Counted from the first letter of the stretch, positions 1 to 12,062 are shown. The stretch: 64,000 nt of DNA from Octopus sinensis (GCF_006345805.1 NC_043004.1:80972001-81036000), one strand, 5' to 3'. Translations and numbers: made by a program. The notes: generated from the letters alone by a model not told the origin.

Positions 1-134
1 TTTTTTTGCTCATGTCTCACGAGAATGTTATTTTCCAGAGCCTAAAGATGTTTGCGCGATTGACCTCTAATTTTACAATGAACCCTATTCATATTCATAA
101 TGAAAAAGAATCACAGTGCCATAGTTTTGACCAA

Positions 135-575
135 ATCTTCAGATGCTGTTATACACCGCTGATTACAATGCGCTTCCAATTCTGTCTTGATTGCGCCATT
201 CTTTTTCATCTTGACCCAGATCGCTTAACTAAATCGTTTCTCCATCAACGTGAAGGCCTTTCAAGTGGCCTTTTCCAATCTTTTGGATACCACAGAACAT
301 CTCCATGGGTCCACCTGTTGTCTGCGAACTTTGCGATATGTCAGGCACAGTGGAATTCGTGCTTTCGGTATTCCGCGATCACATCGTCCATTCCACTTCG
401 TTCTCGAATTATCTCATTTTGAATTTGCTTCTTGTCTCTCTTTATTGATTTAAATGCCTTCCATCCTGCCATTATTCTCTTTGAAAGTTCAGTATCCATT
501 TCTTGGCGCATATTTACAGTGTGTCCTAAGTAGACATACTCCTTTACCTCTACGATTTTTTCGCTTTGCATCTAT
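135..575 (-). mobile_element. RTE-clade LINE, internally deleted 3' fragment (RT C-terminus)
   Basis: ORF 341-571 reads EKIVEVKEYVYLGHTV...ELSKRIMAGWKAF...IRERSG. It continues in other frames with a GHVAR-like segment and a RP...RW motif typical of RTE RT C-termini. Confidence 0.8.
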
Positions 576-854
576 AGAAATGGCACTAAAAATGAATACA
601 TCGAACATTCGCGAAATTTTCAAACGATTTAAAACTACCATCTTGTGTAACCACGAAATATTTAGTTGTTTATTCCTCGCTGGTCGAGAGGCCACGTAAT
701 GGCTCCCATTTGAGCTCGTAGAGGTATCTAATTTGGCATGTTTCGGTTCGATTTCTCCAATTTGCGGGCCGGATACTTTAAAAATCTATGTGGCCTTAGT
801 TTAATGTGAGAAACTGGCATATTTTATTATCGTCTAATGAATGTCTTTTCAGGT

Positions 855-1130
855 GTGGACGGTTTCTTCACCCTGCGTGCATCTCGGACATGCTCGGCTG
901 GCGGCACTTCCCTATTTATAGAGTTTATCTTGAACAAGCAATCATCTCCGGTAGCACTGTCAGATCAGGGAAATCTGGACGTTATCCATCGGCCCTGAGC
1001 TGCAAATTCTCCTGAAGGGAGCGGCTAGTTGATCATCTTCGATGCCCAGGGTCTCCCCAAGAAAGTCGTCGCAATCTACCACCACTAATCTTCTGTAGAA
1101 CGCTAAAGTGGGCTTTCTACCCATTGCAGT
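855..1130 (-). pseudogene. L1/Tx1-like ORF2 C-terminal zinc-finger (zf-RVT-like) relic
   Basis: Manual translation in one frame with stops: MGRKPTLAFYRRLVVVDCDDFLGETLG...GPMDNVQISLI*QCYRR*LLVQDKLYK*GSAASRACPRCTQGEETVHT. The CPRC..ETV(H) pattern fits zf-RVT. Confidence 0.6.
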
Positions 1131-1194
1131 GACCAACTGGCTGAGAGCTGTGAGTCCTTAAAGACACTCAACTTCCCATATGCTTCTTCTCGTT

Positions 1195-1674
1195 CTTTGT
1201 TTGACCCAGGACTGCAGCTCATTGAAGGAGACCAGCTGGGAAAAACTCGAGTCTGGCGAACAGCGTCTACATCTGTTCACCGTCAAGGAAACGCTGGAGA
1301 TGTCGTAGCCTCAGCGCAAGTTTGAGCATCATCAGTCACGGTATGCCCAATCCACCATGCAGCGGATATTAATGTAGGCAACGAAGAAAGTAATTGTCAT
1401 CCCAGTAGCTGGAGGGGCACTGCGGGCATTAACAACCAGGTTTGAGAAATTTGTTGGGAGAAATTGGGACTGACACGAGGGTAGAGTATAAAACAGTTCA
1501 GAAAAGCAGTTCAGAAAACTTGCTTTATTGATGACAATGAAGATTTGGAAACTGGTACTTAGACGTTAAGAATAGTGGAAAGAGACTCTGTGAGAACCTT
1601 GACGACAGATTGTTGTCCACTCTTACAAAATTAACCGGAGCAAGTGAAATCGAGAGCTCTGAGAAGTGAAATGT
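1195..1674 (+). mobile_element. R4/Dong-like LINE, degenerate 3' end with (AAT)n tail
   Basis: Degenerate KKVIVIPVAGGALRALTTRFEKFVG...QK..LL segment (VIP.V.GALG-like). A 3' UTR follows, then (AAT)n at 1675-1760. Confidence 0.55.
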
Positions 1675-1686
1675 ATAATAATAATG

Positions 1687-1744
<58 letters not shown>

Positions 1745-1760
1745 TAATAATAATAATAAA

Positions 1761-2309
1761 TGCCCTGATGCAGTACCAGGCAGTGGCTCTCATGGCTTCT
1801 GATCTTAACTGATTGGAGGTGTTATCATGTACATTGTTTTGTCTTGGTATAAAAGATGGGCTACAGCAAATATTCTGCTCAATACCACAGATTTGCTTGT
1901 CAGTTGCTTGACCGTAACCAGTTGAGCATGTCTCTTAGTGGTTGACAATACGTGCATCTCTGATCACGAGCAGAAGTAGTGGGGGAGCATCATAGCCATG
2001 TGTTGGGAGGAATTCTTTGGGGTTTGGATAATTCACCTTCGGAAACATGGGTGTTTCGTTCAACATCCTTAATCCTTATTCAAGGACCTTTTGAGTGGAA
2101 TGGGCTACTCGACCTGAAGAAAATTCTAACTGGACCCCACCTACAAGGTCATGCGCTGTTTATCTTGATATGAAATCATGTCGCGCACATATGGTTGTGA
2201 TGCATGTGCCTGGTGTGCCCTTATCAGACAGGTAGTCATGATGGGTATACTGGGCTTTGTATATTTTACCCCAGTGTCACTTTGATGGCATGCACTGCTC
2301 TCTCACTCA
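1761..2309. mobile_element. 549-bp TG...CA-bounded element in (AAT)n (solo-LTR-like or non-autonomous)
   Basis: Starts TGCCCTGATGCAGTACC and ends CTCTCACTCA, with (AAT)n on both sides. A homologous copy with the same ends lies at 42396-42956. Confidence 0.75.
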
Positions 2310-2322
2310 ATAATAATAATAA

Positions 2323-2353
<31 letters not shown>

Positions 2354-2859
2354 AAAAAGAAGAAGGAAGAGGAGGAGGAGGGGGAGAAGAAGAAGAAGAA
2401 GAAGAAGATATTTAGACTTTGTCTAAATACTTTCCACCCTTTCTCCTTTTCCGCCGTTTCGTTCAAATTAGGTACTCGTTAATATTAACCTAAACCCTAA
2501 TTGCAATGGAATAATCGCTGTATTAAGGTCTTTAACTCGTTTCATTTCCTTATCTAATGGGTTTATTAACCTAATGATAACCTAGATAATAATAATAAAG
2601 TTTATAATGGAAGCAGTGAAAGAATTAATTTGAACAAGAAAAACGTGTCAGTAGTTACTCGCCCTCCTAAAGCTAAACATATCCAGTAATTTCCTCTTAA
2701 CAAAGAACTGCCATATTCTTCCTGGATGTGAATCGAGTTCCTAATTATTACTTTGACAAGAACGTTGTTGATAAATCTTAGCGTTGAATATTGTATGTGG
2801 CCATTTTTATATTAATTTAAATCAGAGTAAGTCTTTTAGCGTGTGGTGTGGTGTTGAGT

Positions 2860-3105
2860 CTGTGTGTCCGTGTGTGTGTGTGTGTGAGTGCCTGTGTCTA
2901 CATGTTTGTGTGCGTGTTTGTGTCTACATGTGTGTGTGTATGAGAGAGAGAGAGAGTGCCTGTGTACATGTTTGTGTACGTATGTGAGGATTGCGTGTGT
3001 CTACTTGTTTGTGTGTGTGTGCGTGTGTGTGTGTGTGTGTGCGTGCGTGTGTGTATGTGTGTATGTATGTGCGTGTGTATGTATGTGTGTGTGTGTTTGT
3101 GTGTG

Positions 3106-3155
<50 letters not shown>

Positions 3156-3394
3156 TGTTCGTGTACTTCGTTACTTGTATTCTCTGGAGAAAACGGAGAA
3201 TAATGGATGCGATAGAGCTACGGAAATGACGAACCAAAAGCGACAACTGCTTCTACAGCTACACTTACTCTTCCTCTTCTTCCTCCTCCTCCTCCTCCTC
3301 CTATTACTACTACTACTACTGCAGCATCTACTCCTACTACTTCTACTACTACTACTACTAATAATAATAATAGTAATAATAATAATAATAATAA

Positions 3395-3425
<31 letters not shown>

Positions 3426-3456
3426 GGTGGTGGTAGTAGTAGTAGCAGTAGTAGCA

Positions 3457-3494
<38 letters not shown>

Positions 3495-3656
3495 TAATAA
3501 TAATAATAATAATTGTAATAATAACAACAAAAACAGCAGCAACAATACTAATAATAATAGGCAGAACAATGACAACAATAATAATAAAATAAGAACAACA
3601 TTAAGAATATCAATGAAAAAAAACAACAAAGATGACGATGATTATGATGATGTTGG

Positions 3657-3705
<49 letters not shown>

Positions 3706-4081
3706 AATTAGATTACCTTCCATTAATTGCCTTCCTTAACAATTCGGATCCAGCGAACCCCTGAGCTTTCTGTTGATCAGATTTTGAAGAATCATACAAT
3801 TTCCGCTGACGATACACGATTCTATAAAACTAATAATAATAACAACAGCAATAAAAAAAATAATAATGATAATGATGATGATAGCAACAACAACAATAAT
3901 AATAATAATAATAACAATAAAATAACGATAACAGTACCAACAACAACGACGACGACGATGATGATGATGATGATGATAACAACGATGATGACGATGATAA
4001 CAACAATAATAATACTAATAAAGAGGGGGAGGAGGAAGAGGAAAATTAGGAGGAGTAAGATAAAATAAGAATACTAACAAA

Positions 4082-4119
<38 letters not shown>

Positions 4120-4120
4120 T
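2860..4120. repeat. Compound microsatellite block (TG)n, (CTA/CTC)n, (AAT)n, (GTA)n, (GAT)n
   Basis: Direct inspection; it accounts for the poly-VC/L/I/N/D ORFs. Confidence 0.95.
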
Positions 4121-4240
4121 ACTTTCTATGATAGGCACAAGGCTTGAAATTTGGGGGAGGGGCTAGTCGATTACATCGACCTCAGTGCGTAACTGGTACT
4201 TATCTCATTGACCCCGGAAGGATGTAGGGCGAAGTCGATT

Positions 4241-4283
<43 letters not shown>

Positions 4284-4390
4284 GCGTGTGTGTGTGTGCG
4301 CGTGCGCGTGTGCGTGTGTGTGTGTGTGTACGGAATCTGAACTCAGACATTTTCCCCGGTGTGCAGACGATTTTGCCAGCTCACCGCTTT
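4121..4390 (-). mobile_element. tRNA-derived SINE family A, split by (TG)n
   Basis: Reverse complement of the GGCGAGCTGGCAGAATCG head, GAGTTCA B-box region and CATCC...GGGGTCGAT body. Confidence 0.8.
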
Positions 4391-4391
4391 A

Positions 4392-4426
<35 letters not shown>

Positions 4427-4429
<3 letters not shown>

Positions 4430-5237
4430 CAGGCCAACATATTAAAGATCAGAAGCAGTCCAACGTGTCGTGTATGCAAGCAACAAAATGAAACCATTGA
4501 CCATGTGGTCTCCAAGTGCAGTCTTCTAGCGCCTACAGAGTATCTCAACAGGTACGATAGAGCTGCACAATATATTCACTGGGTAATCTGTAAAAACCTG
4601 GATTTGCCCCATGAAAAAAACTGGTGGGAACACAAACCACCCCCAGTGCTTGAAAATGACCACATCTCACTCCTCTGGAACTTCACCATTCAAACTGACA
4701 GAAAGATAGATGCAATAGGCCAGACATCATATTGAAAGACTTCAAACAAAGAACATGCCTCCTCATTGATATGACTGTCCCAATCGATATAAACGTATCT
4801 GTCAAGACCTACCAAAAACTGAGCAAATATAAAGATCTTGAAATAGAAATCAGCAAAATGTGGAAGCTGAAGACTAAAACAATACCTGTTGTCATAGGTG
4901 CCCTGGGAATGATAGCAAAAGGGGCTGATAGCTACCTAACTCAGATACCAGGAAACCCAAAAATGGCAGAAATTCAAAAGATAGTGCTCATAGGAACTGC
5001 TCATATCCTACGCAAAATACTCTCTATGTAATCCCAAGGTTTAAAACAAACTTTTTTATTTATTTATTTATTTTTTGTTTTTATGTATTAGACATTCACT
5101 AGTACAACACAAAAAAAGAAAAGAAAAAGAAAAAAATACCAAATATATGGCACAGAACTTCCAACTTGTTGTCTCTTGAGGTCTCTGGGTGAGACTTGGA
5201 GCCAACTTGTACAGACATAAAGCAAAAGTCAAACATA

Positions 5238-5239
<2 letters not shown>
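4427..5239 (+). mobile_element. R4/Dong-clade LINE, 5'-truncated: CCHC zinc knuckle plus restriction-like endonuclease
   Basis: CRVCKQQNETIDHVVSKC knuckle; (N)RPD...LIDMTVP...K..KY.DL...IPVVIGALG...KIVLIGTAHILRKILSM stop at 5031. There is one frameshift near 4722. (AAT)n flanks both sides. Confidence 0.92.
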
Positions 5240-5273
<34 letters not shown>

Positions 5274-5290
5274 TAATAATAATAATAATG

Positions 5291-5348
<58 letters not shown>

Positions 5349-5360
5349 TAATAATAATAA

Positions 5361-5459
5361 GGCATAACACCAACATGAACTTCCAACTTGTCTCTTGAGT
5401 TCTCTGGGTGAGACTTGGAGCCAACTTGTACATATGTAAAGCAAAAGTCAAACATAGAA
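5361..5459 (+). mobile_element. Second, ~100-bp copy of the same LINE 3' UTR inside the first copy's (AAT)n tail
   Basis: GAACTTCCAACTTG...GAGACTTGGAGCCAACTTGTACA...GCAAAAGTCAAACATAGAAT repeats 5155-5240. Confidence 0.85.
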
Positions 5460-5509
5460 TAATAATAATGATAATGGTGATGATGATGATGATGATGATG
5501 ATGATAATG

Positions 5510-5730
5510 ACCCTTTCTATTATAGGGCACACGGCCTGAATTTTGAAGGGAGGTGGGGCTAGTTGGTTACATCGACCTCTGTCTTTCATTGGTACTTCAT
5601 TTATCGGCCCCGAAAGGATGAAAAGGCAAAGTCGATCACGACGGAATTTGAACTCAGAACGTAAAGACGGGACGAAATGCCGCCAAGCATATCGCCCGGC
5701 GTGCTAACGATTCTGCCAGCTCACCGGCTT
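5510..5730 (-). mobile_element. SINE family A
   Basis: Head, B-box, body and beta tail on the minus strand. Confidence 0.85.
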
Positions 5731-6334
5731 AATAATAATAATAGTAATAATAATAATAATAACAACAACAACAACAACAACAATATAATAATAATAATAA
5801 TAATAATAACAACAATAATAAGGCCATTTAAATTGAAACATTGTCAGTGATATCTATGGCTTCATTCACCTAAACAATTAAAGACTTAACATTGTCCCTT
5901 ATCGTTATAATACAGCTTACTCGATAATAAAGAGTGGAGGAGGGGAAAGGAAAATGGCGAATCTAAATGACGAAGATATTCAATGAATAAATAACGGAAT
6001 ATATTTCGAAAAGATAACTACTTGCACAATAAATATCTGTAAATGCAGATTCGTTTAATCGATGAAGAATCTTGCAAATGGGAAAGGAATTTAATATATA
6101 AGGTTGTGTGTATGTCTATATACGTTCGTATGTAGATGTGTATGCGTGTATGTTTGTGCGTGTTTGTATGTGTATGTATGTATATATATATATATAATAG
6201 GTATCTCTCTCTCTCTCTCTACACACACACACATATATATATATGCTTATGTACATACATGCAAATATGTTTTTTGTATATAATACATACATACATATGA
6301 TATAGAGTATATATATATTATATATACATATATA

Positions 6335-6383
<49 letters not shown>

Positions 6384-6401
6384 TATATATATATATGTGT
6401 G

Positions 6402-6458
<57 letters not shown>

Positions 6459-7084
6459 CATATATTTACAGATATATATAGTATATATATTATATATATG
6501 TGTATATATGTATACATACACATAGATTCGCACAAACTCACAAACACATATATATATGTATGTGTATATATAAACTACACATATACATTTTTATATGTCT
6601 ATGCATATGTGTGTGTGTGTGTGTGTGGTGTGTGAAGAGAGAAAAATAATGAGGGAACAGGAGAGAGAGAGAGAGAGAAAGATAGAGAATAAAGAAAAGT
6701 CGATTTCAGTATATGATTAACGAGCTAAATGCACCATTAAATGACAAATTGTTGAAGGCAACCAATTAATTTGTAAGAGAAATTAAACATATGTGCATGC
6801 GTATGTTTGCATGTCCACCTGCGTAAGTGACTTTGTGTATGTGTACGCCCATGTATGTACATGCTCTCACTTATGTAATATACTTCGATAACCTGAATTT
6901 ATTCATGCAGTGCGTAGAGAGTCGATAGAGCGGTGGCCCTCAACCAGAATCCATATGATCCTTGAGATCCACGTAAGATTTTGGGAGGGTCCACATAACA
7001 AGATAGTAAATAGGAGAGCCATAATAGTATTTTAAACGGCCCTGAAAAAATTTTTGCTTTAGATGTGTGTATTGGTATTTGTGA

Positions 7085-7380
7085 AGGCACATGGCCTAGT
7101 GGTTAGAGCAGCGGATTCGCGGTCGAGGGATCGCGGGTTCGAATCTCAGACCGGGCGATGTGTGTGTTTATGAACGAAATACCTAAGCTCCACGCGGCTC
7201 CGGCAGAAGGTAATGGTGAACTTCTGCTGACTCTTTCGCCACAACTTTCTTTCACTCTTTCCTCCTGCATCTTGCAGCTCACCTGCGACGGACTGGCGTT
7301 CTGTCCAGGTGGGGAACCTATACGCCGATGAAACCGGCCCTATGCTCCACAAGGGGCAAGAAGGATTAAGAAGAAGAAGT
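7085..7380 (+). mobile_element. tRNA-derived SINE family C with V-domain-like core
   Basis: A-box TGGCCTAGTGG, B-box GGTTCGAATCT, core GACGGACTGGCGTTCTGTCCAGG and an (AAG)n-like tail. Confidence 0.75.
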
Positions 7381-7954
7381 ATTGGTATTTATTGCAAGAA
7401 ACGGTGAGGTTTCTTTCTCTTACATTTTACATAGTTCAACCTACACAAGTTAGTATGTGATAAACAAAATAGGAATTTTGAAAGAAGTTTCTATAGAAGC
7501 ATCTATAAAACAATAAAACATCAAATGGCTAGAATAGCCTAGCAGTCAAAGGTAAAAATCCATAGGTAAAACATGGTTGATAACCCCTGATAGACGGAAG
7601 CCTTTCTAGTGAATGTTCAAAATCTAAGAAAAACACACAAGGAAAGGAGATGACTTGAACATACCTGACAGAATATTTTTTATGTCAAATACGATGCAAG
7701 TTGGTCTGCATTTTGCTTTTAAAGCTGACTGATGAAGGGTAGTCAACGTGTTCGGACTTTTTCGACTTCTTCAGCCAATCTTATTTATCTCTGTGATTAC
7801 AATTTAGACAGAAATTATCACATTATTGTAATAAAGAGAATTTTTATTTTGAATATCAACAATATGGCCGCGGCGAACTGCTCACAGAAGCGTTCTCTAT
7901 ATTAAACATAGGAATATTTATTTTCTGTACGGCTTTTTTTTCTTTCGTTACATA

Positions 7955-8011
<57 letters not shown>

Positions 8012-8329
8012 GTTTCTAGTCCTCTCCTAAATCGTCTTTATTTACCGTTCGGTCAAGGGACCTCATCTTTTTCTTGCTATAATGCTTGTCCCATTTTGCC
8101 TTCTCATGCCCGCTCATTTGTACCCCAGTAGCTTATATTACTGACACCCGCAAATTGAATATTGTCGGAAGGTATCGAAATTGTGATGATACTTAGTCGA
8201 CAGCAGATGAGGGTTTGACAATGTCTACTTCTATTGTGTGTGTGCGGGTGTGAGTGTGTGTTTCTCCTTTTTCATGTATGTTGCTTTGTTACCACCATGC
8301 CAAATTTTAAATAAAGCTTTTTTTTATTC

Positions 8330-8465
8330 TCTCTGTTTATTTTCTCGTGTTCCTTTCTGTCGAAGGGCGTAGGCTCGAAACGTAAGATACTTTGTCACCT
8401 TCCCTAGCGTTAAACTAAAATACCTACTTGTTTTACAACTGTCTTCATCTTAGTAAATTCCAACT
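8330..8465 (+). mobile_element. Penelope-like terminal repeat fragment with hammerhead-like motif; opposite-strand homologue at 17942-18100
   Basis: CTGTCGAAGGGCGTAGGCTCGAAACGTA abuts (TA)n. The homologue reads CTGTAGAAGAGCGTAGACTCAAAACGTA on the minus strand. Confidence 0.55.
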
Positions 8466-8477
8466 ATATATATTATA

Positions 8478-8510
<33 letters not shown>

Positions 8511-9350
8511 GACATACGAAAAATATGTATATATAATATATATATACACATATGTGTGTGTGCTTGTGTGTATGCAGCCATCGTCGACAGACGACAACGT
8601 GAGATGAGAAACACATAAATATAGAACACATCCGACGTTTAAAACCTATTTCTTTTTCGTCTTTTTGTTTCTAACACACTAAGATTTTTAATATTAGCAA
8701 AATAACTCGGAAATTTCTCTGCAAAACCAGCTTTCTTTCATTGAAGGTTTATCCTCATCGTTATCCTTTCTCCTCCCTTTCTCTCCCTCTCCCCTCTCCC
8801 TCTCCCCCTCTCTCTCTCTCGAGATTTCTCTTTCTCTCAGTCTCTCTCTCCCTCTCTCTTTCCAAACGACACCACCACCACAATCCATTTCCTCACTATT
8901 TTGTCGAAAATCTTTTGGCACGTTTCGGTTCGATTTCTCCAATTTATCTTAACTCACTGGAAACGGTTTCTTAATGCGCCGTGGTTCCTCGGGGATTATA
9001 TTTGTATTCGCAGAAAAAGGTATGAAGGAAGCAAGCCTAAAGTCACCCCACTTTTCTTTTACGACTAATAGAATAATTAAGAATATCGTTGTAATGTTTA
9101 CACGGCTACGAAGAGTAACGTGCTCCTTCGTAAGGTCTGCAAACAATTATCGTTTAACAGGTATAGGACTTATTTTCTTTTGGCAGCAGTGTATAACAGC
9201 CGACATAAATCGCTGTTTTTGTTATTGTTACAGCTGTTGTTCTTGTTGTTGATGTTGTTGTCGTTGTTGGTTTGTTTTTATAGTTGTTGATGCTAGTGTA
9301 GTTTATGGTTTGTTCTGGTTATGACATTTTATTTCTAGTTCGACATGTAG

Positions 9351-9394
<44 letters not shown>

Positions 9395-9397
<3 letters not shown>

Positions 9398-9512
9398 CCT
9401 GCTCTCTTAGCCAGCGGGGTGGCGTCATTTGAAGCTAAAACAATGAGAAGCGCATTGTGATCAGCGATGTGTAGCAACATCTGATAGCCTGGTGGGTACG
9501 GTGATCACGGTG
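9395..9512 (+). mobile_element. SINE 3' tail of RTE origin, between (TA)n tracts
   Basis: GAAGCGCATTGTGATCAGCGATGTGTAGCAACATCTGA matches the RTE end at 135-178. It ends in the short repeat (ACGGTGATC)x2. Confidence 0.7.
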
Positions 9513-9600
<88 letters not shown>

Positions 9601-9972
9601 TTTTTGTATATATACATATATGTATATATACATACACACACACATAATAACAATAATTGTAGTATAGCATTTATAAATATTTAATACATCGCTACGCGCG
9701 TTTCCACAAATCACATGATTTTGACATCAGAGTCAGTGAAGTAGGAGTTCTATTTGCATACCTCTAGCGTTACCATAAAAGAATTTAAAATATACATACA
9801 TACATACATATGTATGTATATGTATATGTACATGAATATGTATGAATACATCGGCCTAGGAATTTCTGTGGTTAAGAAAATCGCTTAATAGCCATGCTTC
9901 GGGTTTAGTCTCACTGAAAGACAGAAACTGTGTGGAATCCTATATATAAATATATATATGTGTGTATATATA

Positions 9973-10038
<66 letters not shown>

Positions 10039-10117
10039 TACCTACATATATATATATATATATTATATATATTATATATATATATATATATTATATATTA
10101 TAATATATTATATATAT

Positions 10118-10148
<31 letters not shown>

Positions 10149-10915
10149 CAGGGCAAATTGTCTCCATTTTATATTCTAATTTCGTGCATGCGCATTGGTT
10201 GTTTATTATTTTGTCGATTGCACAGTATAGTAGGGTCAATTGGACACCGCCTGTGAGAAAAACACCACCATGACGCAATTCCTTCGGCCAGAAATTTGAA
10301 AACGGCATGCTGTACTGCTTGGTATTCGCGCCGGAAGCTCACTAGTGATGGCAACGTCATGCCTCCATTCATCCTTCCACACGGCCTCATCCTCCCACAT
10401 GGAAGCCTACATCAAGTGCCTAGAGGAGGCAGTGCTGCCCTGGGTCAAGAGGGTGGCTGCTGGAAGACTCTATGCCTGGCAACACACGACTCTGCACTAT
10501 GCCACACAAATGGGGGAACCTAGCCATGGCTGTCAGACAATTTCTGCGACCCCATCACCCCTAACATCTGGCCACCTAACTCCCCAGACTGCAGCCCCCT
10601 TGATTATTATGTGTGGTGCTCAATTGAGCGAGAGACCAACACAACTCCTTGTAACACACGAAAGATAAACTGAAAGCAAGGATTATGGCATCAGTCACCA
10701 ACTTAAACAACGAGACCGTCCAGAAGAGTTGCAGGAGATTCCGAAGTTGTCTGGAGGTCTTCTTTGAAGCCAATGGCGATTTTATTGAATAAATTTATTC
10801 TTTAGTATTTCAAGATATTTTTACGCAATTTTGGTAAATATATCTCGTAATATCGGATATCAGTGCTATTTTTATTTTTGCGTAATTTAGACGGCAGTTT
10901 ATTCAACGCACCCTG
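10149..10915 (+). mobile_element. maT-type (DD37D) Tc1/mariner, internally deleted
   Basis: TA|CAGGG...CCCTG|TA ends. The N-terminus MTQFLRPEI*KRHAVLLGIRAG is joined to SDGNVMPPF...WPPNSPDCSPLDYY...EANGDFIE. The D-to-D spacing is about 37 across frameshifts. Confidence 0.85.
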
Positions 10916-11520
10916 TACACACACACGCGCGCGCGCGCGCGGGGGCACACACATATATATAGTTTATTGATCTGTAAGATCAACTAGAAAACATCCAGTG
11001 TGAGACAATTATCTCTTATTATAAAAGGCAGATTTTATCTGCCTCCCTTTGGGAGTTATACAAATCTACAATATAGGATTTCTTCAATTACAATTTACCT
11101 TGCATTTTTAAGAGTACAATGCATCGCGTCATGCCAGGTCCAGTTTTTAAAATTTAAACTCCAATTAAGCAAAATTTACAGAAAACTCACATTCTGGTGT
11201 GTGTGTCAAATGCTTTTCTTAGTCTGGTTTACAGCACACGCAAACGCACACACACAGTGGGCAACGAATAAAATGAAAGTAATTGACTTACTGTAGTGAG
11301 TGATTCTTTCACTCTGCCTCCCACTTCCTCTTTCAACACATAGACACGCAAATATATAAATAAAATTGTAAGCTAACGTGCGTGTGTGTGAGTGGTGGTG
11401 TGGGTGTGCGCGTGTGTGTGTGTGTGAGGGTGCGTTGTGTGTGTGGGTGTGCGTGTGCGTGAGTGTGTGACAGGAAATTTTTTACGACGAATATAACACC
11501 TATATCCAAGTAGCAGAAAG

Positions 11521-11995
11521 ATAAGACAGTAAGGTGTGATTTGAGGGAGATTTGGCTGCTATTTCTACCATGTTAGCTGCCATGTAGGGGTCTCCCTCAT
11601 AGGCTCATACATACATATATACATAGATAAGACAGTAAGGTGTGATTTGGGGGAAATTTGGCTGCTATTTCTACCAGGTCTAGCTGCCATGTAGGGGTCT
11701 CCCTCATAGGCTCATACATACATATATACATAGATAAGACAGTAAGGTGTGATTTGAGGGAAATTTGGCTGCTATTTCTACCAGGTCTAGCTGCCATGTA
11801 GGGGTCTCCCTCATAGGCTCATACATACATATATACATAGATAAGACAGTAAGGTGATTTGGGGGAAATTTGGTGCTATTTCTACCAGGTCTAGCTACCA
11901 TGTAGAGGTCCCCCTCATTGGCTCATATATATATACATACATAAGACAGTAAGGTGTGATTTGAGGGAGATTTGGCTGCTGTTTCTACCAGGTCT
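11521..11995 (+). repeat. Minisatellite, ~107-bp unit x ~4.5
   Basis: ATAAGACAGTAAGG recurs at 11521, 11627, 11734, 11841 and 11941. Confidence 0.95.
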
Positions 11996-12062
11996 GTTAG
12001 GCCTTCTCATGTAAACTCAAGCTTTCTCATGCCTTGAACATAAGACCAAAGCAGAGAATGTA

